Shown here one piece after another: positions 46,491 through 58,997 of a DNA stretch of 64,000 nt. The stretch lies in contig OX597823.1 of NCBI GenBank assembly GCA_951406725.2, forward strand, positions 23,622,001 through 23,686,000, read 5' to 3'. This DNA comes from Octopus vulgaris (Eukaryota). The notes under the pieces were generated by a model that was given only the letters and a program-made list of their open reading frames with translations, had not been told where the DNA came from and made no database searches. The translations under genes and the position numbers were made by a program. The stretch's first letter is position 1. Every line of letters begins with the position of its first letter.

Positions 46491-46552
46491 TTACCATATT
46501 GGTCCAATTTCGGGGTTAATTCATAACAAAATTTTCCCCTCTTCAGCGGCAA
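46491..46552 (-). ncRNA. Type I hammerhead ribozyme
   Basis: Minus strand reads ttgccg-CTGAAGA-gggg[20 nt]cccc-GAAA-ttg gac caa-TA-tggtaa. Complete CUGANGA/GAAA/UH core with stems I (6 bp, two G-U), II (4 bp) and III (4 bp). Predicted cleavage after AUA, between 46497 and 46496. Confidence 0.8.
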
Positions 46553-46646
46553 ATACGCGAGATATAAGTGAAATACTTTTTCTTATGAATTAACCCCGAA
46601 TTCTTTTGCCCTTATCTTGTAAATTATATGTATATATATGTATATT

Positions 46647-46699
<53 letters not shown>

Positions 46700-47036
46700 A
46701 TATATATGTATATATATATGTATATGTATATACATATGTATATATATATGTATATATATATGTATGTACGTATATATATATATATATGTATGTATATATA
46801 TATGTATGTATGTATATATATATATATATATGTATGTATATATATATATATTAATATATGTATGTATATATATATATATGTATGTATGTATATATATATG
46901 TATATATATATGTATATATATGTATATATATATATATATATGTATGTATATATATATGTATGTATGTATGTATATATATATATATATGTATGTATATATG
47001 TATGTATATATATATGTATGTATATATATATGTATG

Positions 47037-47071
<35 letters not shown>

Positions 47072-47109
47072 ATATATATATATATATATGTATGTATATA
47101 TATATATGC

Positions 47110-47149
<40 letters not shown>

Positions 47150-47208
47150 ATATATATATACGTATATATATGTACATGTATGTATGTATATATTTGTATA
47201 TATTTATA

Positions 47209-47247
<39 letters not shown>

Positions 47248-47392
47248 ACATATATGTATGTATATATGTATGTATGCATGTATGTAGATATCTGTATATA
47301 TATGTACATATATGTATGTATGTATATATATATATATGTACACATATGTATTTGTATGTATATGTATGTATTTATGTATGTGTATATATGTG

Positions 47393-47441
<49 letters not shown>

Positions 47442-48165
47442 GTGTATATATATGTATGTATATATATATATATATGTATGTATGTGTATATATATGTATG
47501 TATATATATATATATATGTATGTATGTGTATAGATATGTATGTATATATATGTGTATATATATGTGTGTGTGTATGTATGTCTTTTGTGTCTTTGTTTGC
47601 TCCCCTGTCACTGCTTGAGAACTGGCGTTGGTGTGTTTGTGTGCCCATAACATAGAAGTTCAGTAAAAAAGACCAATAAATAAGTAATAGGTTTAAAAAA
47701 TAAATCATTGGGTTGATTTCTTTAACTTAAAAAGCACTCTCAATATTGTGCTCCAGCATGGTTCTCTTCAAATGACTAAAATATTTAATGGAATAAAAGA
47801 ATATAATTGGCTGTCTAGGCATACAAATATATGAATGAGAATGCATACATAAAACAAAGCATACAAATCTGCACATGTACAGACTCAAAATACTACATGC
47901 ATACATGCAAAAATACCCTATTGATGTTGAAATTCTAATGAAGGAGTGTTGTGCCTAGTTTAGAAACTGGCTCTTTCTCTATTGGCAAGAAATCTTTGAA
48001 AATAACTGAATAATACATATACACACACTTATGTGTATGTTTCATATCTGTGTGCAAATTTCTTCCATTTGTTTCACTCTATATATCTCATTGTAACATT
48101 GTCATATCCTCATTTCTTCCCAACATACATGCAGCATCTATATATGTTTCTGTTATCATTTCCAG

Positions 48166-48336
48166 TTTACTCAAAGATTGACTGTGGATCTCCAAAAGAT
48201 GTTGCTGGTGCATTCAAGTTGTACAATAGCACCAGCTATCTATCTGAAGTGATCTATACTTGCTCAAATGGAGAACAACTAAAGTCAGAATGTGAAAAGG
48301 ACAGTAAATGGACTCCTGTAGCATCTGTTTGTAATG
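48166..48336 (+). CDS. Exon S4: Sushi/CCP domain
   Basis: ttccag acceptor, G|gtaacg donor, 171 nt. VYSKIDCGSPKDVAGAFKLYNSTSYLSEVIYTCSNGEQLKSECEKDSKWTPVASVCN. Confidence 0.9.
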
Positions 48337-49049
48337 GTAACGTAAATAGTTTCTCTCTTGTCACTGTCTGTGTAATTTAGTGTAATTTTGTGTGTTAAAT
48401 GGATTTGTCAGAGAAAGTCTGGTTGATTCCATGACAATTTCCACTGTATTTGTGGCATGTGGGAGGAAGAGAGGAATCTGGTAGTGTCAGCCCACAAGTC
48501 CTCCCCAAATGCTTACAACAGGGTGGACATGAGTAAATGTACCCAAGGGCCAGGTATTAAATTAGGTGATGGATTAAAGTCTGCTAACTAAACAGTAGAA
48601 ATGTGGAAGCTTGTTCCCTAGAGTGAGCTTCCACACAGTTTTCTTTTACTAAATTTTCTTTAATTCTGAAGTAAATTTTAAACCATATGACTTCTTCCAC
48701 CACTGTTTCCACCACGACTATTTCCCCTACCAGTGTTTCCCCCACTCCTGTAACCCCCTCCACTGTTTCCACCACCACCATTTCCCTCCTCCCTTCCAAC
48801 CTCTCTCACATATCCACCCACCTACCTATAAATAGTATGCTCCTGTTCAATTCCTTTCTGTCCCATCCAGACACTTCTAGCTCTCTGTCTTTTCAAAATC
48901 TTGTGATTCACCCACCTACCCATCCTCTCCAATCTCTTCACTATAAACATTACCCTGTAACTTGGCTGTACAGCTTCTGCCTTCGCCATTGTCAATTTTC
49001 ATCATCTTTTTTCTCTCCTTGGTACCCTTTTGTTCATAACTGACAACAA

Positions 49050-50720
49050 GTTGGGTTTTTGACCAACTTTTCGCCTTCTGCAGATTGATTTCTGGAGATG
49101 GTACATTACTGTGCCTGCTCCTGCAATTTATAAATCTATTTTAGCCACCTGCTTCTTACACTCATGAATATGGACTTGAAATACTGAAACTTATTCACTT
49201 GCTTCAATTATGTTCCACTTAAACTCAAAGTGATGTGGGAAGACTCTTGACAGGATCATTGTCTTAGTCTTTGCAACACTAATTTACATCCCTGCTTGCA
49301 GCACTTGGCAGTGAACTCATATAGAGCATGCTGGAGAGGAGATTGCCTTCTTATGAACACAATGTCATTTACAAATATCAGCCAAACAATTCTACATCCA
49401 CTGATCATAATGTCACTTTCACTATGACTGTGCATGTCAATCAAGTAAATTAAGACTTTATACAAAGAAGGGTGATAATATGCACCCCTACCATAGTTCA
49501 ATATACAAGTTGAAATGTTTCGACTTAGCACCATTTACACAAACACTAGTATCTAGGCATGTATATATAGGTTTCACAGCAATGAGAAGTTACCTATTAA
49601 TCTCCAACTCCTTCAAAGCACTTCATAGCATATTCCACAGGTTATGTGCCTTGTTGAAGTCTGCAAAGCAAGTGCATACATCTAGGCAATATTCCTGAAG
49701 TTTCTTGCAGGCTGTTACTGAATGCATAACTTGTTGGTTTTGCTGCCTCTCAGATAGAAAACACACTGTGTTCAATAATCTCCCTAAATTTCTTTTCCAG
49801 ACCCAAGCATGGACTCTGTTTGGGGAAGCTCAACAAGGAGATTTCTCTATTATTAGAGCACTCTCTCTTATGTCTTATTAAAAATTGGGACGACCACCTG
49901 TGATTGACATTACTTTGGTATCTTTGCAGAGGTGCAAGTCACCTGGCCTGCATAAGTCAGCCAGAAAATACCTTCTTTATTTAAAGCTTTTAAAATTTGG
50001 GGCCAAATTTCATACTCACCAGTAGCCTTGCTACGTTTGAGTGTTTTAATCACTTCTATGACTTCAGCTTCTATGAGATTAGTCTTTACATGTAGATGCA
50101 ACTTTTATCTACGTTTTGCTATGAAGTCAGTAGATCATTACAAGAATACTTTATTAGCCAATTTTAAGTCAGGGTCCAGCTTAATCTTAAAGTATTCCCA
50201 TAACTTTGCTTTTAGCAGTTTTACTGTTTCTGCTGTAACTTGTTGCACCTCAGTGCACCATATATGCAAATTGAGACTTGTTTTCAAGCCACTCTTTGTA
50301 AGCCTCTTTGTATGGCATCTTTGAATTCCTGGTTAAATCAGGAAATTCTTTTACCTCTTGGTGCCACACCAAGCTGCTTTTCTTTATAGCATTGTAGAAA
50401 CTGCCAAACAAGACATTCGCCACTCCATTTTAGCATCCTCAATTTATTCAGGAAGGTCTCTGAATTTGGATGCAATAGTGTCTACATATTTGTTTCTCAT
50501 TCCATCATCCAATAGAGCTTCCCAATTCATTTTGTTAATCACCCTGGACTCACCAGCTTTGTGAGATCTCTCCAGTGTAGTTTCAAGTTGCAGACAACTA
50601 GGTGGTGATCAGTTGACAGCTCTGCTCCCCTCTTCACATAAGTGTCCAATCACAGAATCAAAGAGATCCGAGATAGTAGCAAGATCTGTCAGTGAGCCCT
50701 GTCCTGCACAGTATCTGCTT
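49050..50720 (-). mobile_element. Decayed LINE (endonuclease end to RT)
   Basis: Residual EVIEVIKTLKRSKATG.Y.IWPQILKAL, LSTDHHLVVC and RT-like fragments. Boundaries approximate. Confidence 0.6.
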
Positions 50721-50799
50721 TTTTCTTTAGGTTATCTCCTCATTCTCTTCCTCCTAATATAGATACAGCATTGGTAAACATCTCAGTTTTCAATTACAG

Positions 50800-50970
50800 A
50801 TTTTGCACAAATAAATTGTGGAACTCCAAAAGATATGGCTAATGCATCGAAGTCCTACAAAAGTACTACTTATAAATCTGAAGTGACCTATACTTGCCCA
50901 AAGGGAGAAAAACTAAAGTCAACATGTAGAAAGGACAACAAATGGACTCCAGTAGCTTCTGCTTGTAAAG
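50800..50970 (+). CDS. Exon S5: Sushi/CCP domain (second consecutive Sushi exon)
   Basis: ttacag acceptor, G|gtaatg donor, 171 nt. DFAQINCGTPKDMANASKSYKSTTYKSEVTYTCPKGEKLKSTCRKDNKWTPVASACK. Not in the ORF track. Confidence 0.88.
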
Positions 50971-52084
50971 GTAATGTAAGCAGCTTCTTTTCTGTTGTCT
51001 CTGTCTAGGTACTAATATTTGATTTTTGCATAAAATGTTTTTGTCAGAAGAAAACTGGTTATCTCCATGGTGCTTGTTTCCATAGTGCTTGTGACTGGTT
51101 GGAGGGAGAGAAAGAGTTGTCTTCAGAATGAAATCCATTAATACCAGCCAAGGGCCTGGTAATGCTGTTAAATTGGGTGATTTGAATTGATTGAGTAAAG
51201 AGCGTGAATACCCAGTGTGAAAGAAATGTACTTCAAGTGTACTTGCTCTTCTCCTTCTCCTTATCATCATCATTTAATGCTCATTTTCCAAGCTGGCCTG
51301 GGTTGGATTGTTTGACAGGGTTCAATGAGCCACAGGACTGCATCAGGCCCAAATATCATATTTGGCATGGTTTTTGTTGCTGGATGCCCTTTCTTAAACC
51401 AACTGCTTTACAGTGGGTACTGGGTGCATTTTTTATGAAGCTGGCATTAGTAAGATTACCAAGTAACTTGCAAGACAAAGTAAAGAGAAAAATTGGGGAA
51501 AAAGATGGGTGTGAAAGTAAAATTTTGAATATTTTCCAGTGGTAGCACTCACACCTTGGCAGTGTTTCCAGTGGCAATTCTTCCACATGGGCAATGTTCC
51601 CAGTGGAAATTATCCCAGTGGAAATTTTCCCAGTGACAATCATGATGCATGATGGAGGTGACTACAGTGAAGACACCAATCTTCGTGGGAGTGTTGGTAG
51701 TGAATATGAGAAAATACCGAAAATGATAACAGATAGGAGAGGTGTTAACCATGATGTATGGCAGACCTAATATTTAGCTCTGGGTGGAGGAAGAGATTAA
51801 TGAAAGCAGAGAAATGAGGTAATTGGTGGAAAGTAGTGTCTGGGATGATTATGAGTGTGAGGTAACTGGTAGTGCCAAAGTGAGGATGAAGTATGTGCTG
51901 ATTCTGCCCTCAAATGATTTAAGCTGCTGAGTAGTGCCAAGTACACATTGAAAATAGAGTTGAGGATGATGTTACAATCCTCTTGAATGTAAAAGTATCT
52001 TTTTCTAGGGGCCAGTTGAAGAGACCCATTGTCAAAAATGACCCTAAACTCTAAGGGCAAGTCTCCTCTCCAATTATTATTCTC

Positions 52085-53840
52085 AGTCAACTGCTACAAA
52101 GGTAAAGTTGATGCCTTAGATAGAAATAATTACAGAGGTATCAAATTGTTGGATCAGGTGATGAAAGTCATGGAGAGAGTCATGGCTCAATTAATTAGGG
52201 AGAAAGTTAGTTTAGACAAGATGTAGTTTGGGTTTTATGCCAAGGAGAAGCACCACTGATGCTGTCAGTAAGGTAAGGGTTGGCAACAAGTATAGCGAAG
52301 AATTCAGGGTAGAAGTGAGGGTTCACCAAGGGTCAGTCCTTAGGTCTCCTTTGTTCATTACAGGCTTTCAGGCAATAACAGAGGAATTCAAGACAGGCTG
52401 CCCCAGGGAGCTCCCGTATGCTGATGATCTTGCTCTAATAGCTGAGTTAATGCTAGAATTAGAGAAGAAGTTTCAGGTGTGGAAGCAAGGTCTAGAATTG
52501 AAGTGCCTTAGAGTTAACCTAGTAAAAACCAAAGTCATAGTAAGTAGGAAGGCGGAAAAAATCACAAATCTTTTCAGGTAGATGGCCCTGCTTGATCTGT
52601 AGTAAAGGTGTAGGTAGAAACTCCATAAGATGTCCCTGGTGTAAGCTATAGACACAGAAGCAACAATATCATAGAAAGGTTAACTGGGAAGATAGTTTTT
52701 GTGTGTGACAAATGGACAGGTGCAATAAATACCGAAAATGTATAGAAAACAGATTCCATCACATCCCAGGGGGAAAAACTAGAAGTAGTTGATAGCTTCC
52801 ATTACCTAGGTGACCAAATCAGTAGCAGGGGTAGATACTCTGAGAGCGTAGCTTCTGGAATAAGAATAGGCTAGGCAAAGTTGAGAGATCTCCTCTGCTG
52901 GTATCAAAGGGCCTCACATTCAGAGTGAAAGGTAGACTGTATGATGCCTCTGTCTGAACAGCCATGCTACACAGCAGTGAAACATGGTCTGTGACTGCTG
53001 AGGACATGCAAAAGATTTGAAAGAAATGAAGCTGGTATGCTCCGCTGGATGTGTAATATCAGTGTGCATACACGACAGAGTGAAAGCATCATGAGAGAAA
53101 AGTTGGACATAAAAAGCATCAGATGTAGTGTGCAAGAGAGACGACTGCACTGGTATGGTCATGTGATGCATATGGATGAAAACAGCTGTGTCAAGAAGTG
53201 TCACACCCTGATAATGGAAGGGGAACCTGTAGAAGAAGTAGACACAGGACGACATGGGATGATGTGGTGAAGCATGACCTTTGAACGTTGGGCCTCACAG
53301 AGGCAATGACAAGCGACTGAGACCTTTGGAGACATGCCATGCTTGAGAAGACCAGGCAAGCCAAGTGAGATCAGCTGATGCCAGTGTCACATAACTGGCC
53401 CGTTTAAAAGCACCCTTCAATTGTCAGGTGATATGCTGTGCTTTGAAGACCTGTTGGAATGAGTGAAATCATAGTTATGGCCAATGCCTATGCCACCTGA
53501 TTGGCACCCATGTCGGCAGCATGGAAAAAAGCACCATTTGAGCATGACTGATGCCAGTGCCACCTGACTGGCACCCATGCTGGTGGTATGGAAAAAACAC
53601 CATTTGAGCATGGCCGATGCCAGTGCCACCTTTCGAGTGTGGTCAATGCCAATGCTGCCTTGCTGGCTTGTAAAATGCACCCACTACACTCTTGGAGTGG
53701 TTAGAGTTAGGAAGGGCATCCAGCCGTAGATACCTTACCAAATCAGTTTGGAACATGGTGCAGCCTCCTGGCTTACCAGTTCACAGTCAAACGGTCCAAC
53801 CCATGCCAGCATGGAAAGCAGACGTTAAATGATGATGATG
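52085..53840 (+). mobile_element. RTE-like LINE, 5'-truncated and decayed, with (GAT)n tail
   Basis: Contains NNYRGIKLL, GFMPRRSTTDA, VHQGSVL, ELPYADDLAL and RRLHWYGHV. The 3' UTR has about 60-bp tandem units (53460-53670) and ends ...gacgttaaatgatgatgatg. Confidence 0.85.
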
Positions 53841-56004
53841 AGCTACATGTTTATGCACAGTGGTTTCCATCCACTCTAGCTGTTCTTCCCACTTTCACTT
53901 TACTTTGAATACTTTCTCTCATTCTTATCTTCTTTACAAGTGCAAATAAGATGAGCAATTTGCAAAAAGATAACTCACTGTTGTCTGACCTTTCAGCACC
54001 ATTCACCTCACAACTTCAACTATTGTTTCAGATCAAGTGTAACTGTCTTCTCTGCCCAGTTGTTTCACATAATTCTACAAGTCAGCAATGCCTGGACAGT
54101 GACTGGGTGCATACAAAATTTCATTTTACTGTAAACATCTCAGACAGGATTGTCGAGTGGTAGTTTCATGATTAGATTTTTATCTTGAATTGGTAGAACC
54201 CTTGGGTAGCTTTGCAAAGCCAAGAACTTTAGGGGTTGTCCATGGTATTCCCTGACCAAAAGCTTTCCAAAACAAATTTGCCAGTTAGTTTTCACTGATG
54301 CTCAGTGCAAACCTTTAGATTACCAGTGCTCTAGCCATCCACTAACCCTCAATAGATTGCTAGAGCAGGATATCCACCAATTCCATAAATCACGTCAAAT
54401 TTCATCCTGTGTATTTCATATTTTGTAATCCTTAGGGTTACATTGAATAATATGGCCATACCCATTTTTTTAAGATAGTGGTGTGTGATTGAGGGAGATT
54501 GTGTTAATATTTCTAGCATGTTGGGTGCCAACATAAAGGCTTGTACATTGAGTGGCCTACAGTAAATATTGAACTTTAATATTGCAAGCTATCAAATCTG
54601 ATATAGCTTATCCGCTGATAAAATTTATTGCCTGGTTCAACACCACCACCTGGGGTTTCAGTTGGTCATGGTAAGGGTGGTGAACAATATTTGGTCCAAT
54701 GTTCATATATTTATTACAATATTAATTGTTCAGACTGAACCACAAATTTACTCAGGCTTAGTATTTTGCATTCAGATTGCTGTCAGATGTAATGTTTATT
54801 TATTCACATTTCAAAAAAATTAATCCTGCATTATCTTGTAGTTTGAAGATTTCAATAATGTGATTGTTTTTTCCTAGAATGACATTGTAGGTTAGGTATA
54901 AAAGGCTGGTTTAATCATAAAGCAGGTAGAATATTTGGGCTAGATATGGCTGGTTTAAATGCTAAAGGGTTAACCACACATGTGTAGGAGGGAGGGTTAC
55001 CTCAGAATTTCATGTCATGGTTGTTTCTGTTACGACTAGATTATTAAAAAGAAAAAAATAACCTCATTGAATCAATTATGTATTCATTCTTGGGAGACAT
55101 GACCAAACATAATTAGAACAATCAATGAGATTGTGTAATGTTTTTCTAACCGTCAATGTAAAGTGTACTGATGAGACTGAGAATAAAACCTAGACCATTA
55201 AACCACACCACTTAATTCATATTTATGTTAAAAGAACAAGTGGGGAAAAATACTCAGGGTCACTTTCTGCATGGAAAACAAATCTTAAAGTGGCTAATTA
55301 TTGAACAAAGTTATGATTAAGATTTCACCCTCAGTTCATGATACAATCAATATATTGACTTATCTTGGTGAAGAAATTCAGAAGAGACAACCTCTCATAG
55401 ATAATCATAGTCTTTTCATCACACTGAAAAAAACTACATTAAAGTGAGATTGTACATGTTTACTACATATTTATACTAATTCATAAGAGATGATGAAAGT
55501 GAAATTATTTTTGTTTTCCAGGCCCAAAACAGTAAAATCATGTAATTTGTTGTTTTGCCATATTTAGTTACATCCTTTATATTCTGGGTTTAATCTTAAG
55601 AGGATGTATTTTGATTTTTACACTTCTGATGTTGAAAAATCAAGCTCTAGTTAAGAAATGAGGTTACATTATATTCATGTATCCTCACTGCAGAACTTGT
55701 GGTAATATGCTTACATAAAGAACTGTTACCATCAATATTATTACCATTAACAATAATCATAATTACTGTTGTTGGTTAGGGTGACATATTCATAGAATCA
55801 TTTTCGCATCAGACAAAATGTGTTGTGGTATTTTTCTAACTTTTTAAGTTGTTAATTTTGCCCATCCAGTTTAATTCTGTTGGTCCTTCCAGGGCCTAAT
55901 TAATTAATTAGCTCTGACCTCAAAGATTTGGCCTTCTTTTTATGTAAAAAAATTAATAGTACTGTTGTTATTTTTCATTCTTCTTAATTTTATTTTGACT
56001 CTAG

Positions 56005-56241
56005 ATTCTCAGATCCATTTTGTGAAAGTAAAAAATGCAGCTCTGGATGTAACAGTAAAAACATTATGGAGTAAGAAAAAAGTGACAACAGATGCATGTG
56101 CTGAAAAATGTTTTTCTGACAAAACTTGTTTATCATTTGAAATAACTAAAGGAAGTGGACTCTGCTACTTATTAAAAAAAAATGCAACATCCTCCAAAAT
56201 AAAAACAGACCAAAGCAGAGATTACTACCAACGAGTAAAAT
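56005..56241 (+). CDS. Exon A4: PAN/Apple-like domain (type A)
   Basis: ctctag acceptor, T|gtaatt donor, 237 nt. DSQIHFVKVKNAALDVTVKTLWSKKKVTTDACAEKCFSDKTCLSFEITKGSGLCYLLKKNATSSKIKTDQSRDYYQRVK. Confidence 0.9.
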
Positions 56242-56782
56242 GTAATTATTCTTTGTATTTTATTATTGGAATTCACTTTTCTATTTTTTTCTGATATTTT
56301 AGTTTCCATTTGTATTTCATTGTATATAGACAGCAATCTCTTTAAAGACATTGATAGGTTTACCAATAAGGACAGATATGAAAACCTTCCTGGGAAAAAA
56401 AAATTTTAAGCTGTACACGGAAGTGTAAATAATGTTCAGCTATTCCCATATTCCCATATGGCATTTGATCACCTTGAACATTTTCTTTTATCTTTGATTT
56501 TCTTTAACTCGTCTCACTCATTGAAAAGTGGACATGCTGGGGCAATTTGAAGAAATCAAATCCAGTACTCATTTTTAAAAAACCTGGTACTTATTTTTCT
56601 GTCTGTTTTGCAGGGAGGCATATAAACAAGCTAACACCTGCTGTTCACAGTGGAGGGGATCTCGATCTCTCTCACATGCACACACACACATACACACACA
56701 ATCACACACACTAATAGCTACAAATATATACACGTGTGTGTATATATATGTGTGTGTGTATATATATATGCATGTGTGGATA

Positions 56783-56840
<58 letters not shown>

Positions 56841-57014
56841 TATATATATACACACACACATATATATATAAATTAGAGAAAAACCACTATTATGTAATTC
56901 AAACAATAATAGACATAAACCATATCATAAAGAAAAAATAAAATATATTATAAAACATATAACTAGATCACAAAATGTGCAAAAAATGAATAAACAATAT
57001 ATAATAAGCAAAAA

Positions 57015-57116
57015 GACTACGTATGTTTCACGACTATAACTTTAATTCGAATTACAATTAAATTTAAATTTAATCGAAAAACAATTCAATTTAAAAGCAT
57101 AGTCACTCCTCGGGTC
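57015..57116 (-). ncRNA. Degenerate minimal hammerhead-like motif within a probable Penelope-like remnant (about 56870-58900)
   Basis: Minus strand reads gac-CCGAGGA-gtgactat[long AU loop]atagtcgt-GAAA-c atac g-TA-gtc. U4C core variant, 3-bp stem I, 2-bp stem III. Confidence 0.45.
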
Positions 57117-57739
57117 AACAATAATAACAATAATATTTAAATAAATAATCAAATAGAATTAAACAATATTTCTTAAAGAAAAAAAAGATGATTCTTCTTA
57201 CAGAGGAAATTTCGTTAACTAAATTTGAAACTTAAAATGTAGGACCCGGTGTCTATAATACATTTATCATGTAAAAAAAGCTAAGGTAATAAAATAGAGT
57301 AAATAGATAGAAAAATGTATTTTATCTGTGAAGATATATTTTAGCTTTGAGAATAATATTAACAAACTATAGTATATCTTTACTAGAAAAATATAAGAGT
57401 CTAATTAATTAAAGTAAAAATACTTGAAATAAATCATATACTTAAGTTAAGCTAAATTACTATAATTTAATCTATGTTTATTAATTAAATAAATTATATA
57501 TTAATTTATTAATAAAATAAATATCTAATTTGATTAGAAACTAACTATGTACTAAACTCTATATGAAACATATATAGACTTATAATATATCTTATATCAA
57601 CAACATTGCAGCCACAACCCTGCAATAATATTTTGTATATATTTAAACAATATAGTCACAAATAATTTAAACTTATTATATAAGTAAATTAATTTATGTC
57701 TAGAATTAATCTTTCACTCTTTGATAAAATAAACAAATT

Positions 57740-58530
57740 ACTTAATATATTATTAAATTCAATAGTATATAAAGAAAAAAAGAAAAAAACTTTTACTACC
57801 TATGCTATAATATTTTATGTTATAAACTATTTCACAAAACAACTACAAATAATACTTTTAGATTTTAGTTCATATATAATAATTATAATAATAAGAATAA
57901 TTAAATAAAAATACGTATGTTAAATTATTATTAACAAATATAAAGTTAGAAATACATACTTTTTAATCAATTATCATATAAACTTCATTATTTCTTAAAT
58001 AAAATGTATACTTATTTTTTCAAAGATATTTATGAACTAAAAAATATTTTAAATTAAAAACGTATAACTTAGCATTTATATTTCTAGATCTAATATTTCG
58101 CTCATTAAGGGAATAATGAAAGTACTTATTATTATAGTTAAATTCTATAGTACAAAAAAATAAAAACTTTTCACTACCTATAATATACTATGATATTTTA
58201 CATTACAAACTATTTCACAAAGCAACCACATGTAATGCTTTTAGAGCATAGTTCACATATAATAATTATAAAAATAAGAATAATTAAATAAATGTATGTA
58301 TCTAAATTATAATTAACAAAAAATAAAAAAATTAGAGATCAGTATTTTTTAAAACCAATAAGCATATAAATTGAAAACTTATCTTTTTGAAGATAATTAA
58401 AAGCTAAGAACGTATTACATAGCGTTCTTAAATTTACTTGTGAAAAAAGTACATATTATTATTATTAAATTCAATAGTACAAAAAAATATAAACTTTTCA
58501 CTATCTATACTCTAATATTTTACGCTATGT
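57740..58530. repeat. AT-rich degenerate tandem repeat (about 330-380 bp period, 2 copies plus part of a third)
   Basis: Motif taaattc(a/t)atagta...aaactttt(c)acta(c/t)ctat recurs at about 57750, 58140 and 58465. Confidence 0.75.
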
Positions 58531-58950
58531 AATACATTGTTAGTGAGTGCAGAGAGGAAAGTACTGTCCTTGTTTGAATTTATTAAAAGGTGGGAAAAAG
58601 TTGTGAAAATGGTGAGTGTGGATGATACTGCTCTAAGTGTAGATCTGTGAGTCGGAGGAAAAAGTTGGAGAGGACATTTGTCCTTGGTTTTCAGGGAAAA
58701 TTTTGATGGTGGGTTTCCTTGATTATCGCTGGAGGTCCCCTTGTGCCAGATAAACCTATCATTATCATCTTTTTTGTTTATATATTTTCTCTTACAGTCA
58801 TAAACTATGTATACTTCCCTTCTTTTAATGTATACCGTGTATACTTTCCCTTTCTTTTTATATCATTCTATTATATGTAAATCCCAACATTTTATGTTTG
58901 TCTTTGTATTGTCCTCCTCATCATAAAAGAAATCGTCATCATCATCATCA

Positions 58951-58997
<47 letters not shown>

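Noticed and set aside
48687-48800. Ser/Thr/Pro-rich mucin-like stretch (TTVSTTTISPTSVSPTPVTPST) between S4 and S5
   Set aside because: It is a degenerate 15-bp tandem repeat with no convincing flanking acceptor or donor and no counterpart in other units. A similar 15-bp periodic tract at 51540-51640 suggests repeat origin.
53460-53670. Regularly spaced repeats superficially like a CRISPR array
   Set aside because: Eukaryotic context. The units are degenerate tandem copies inside a LINE 3' UTR with no unique spacers and no cas genes.
54758-54973. Possible TTAA-type MITE (right end tgctaaagggttaa), absent from the paralogous intron near 8180
   Set aside because: The left terminal repeat is too degenerate to confirm the classification.
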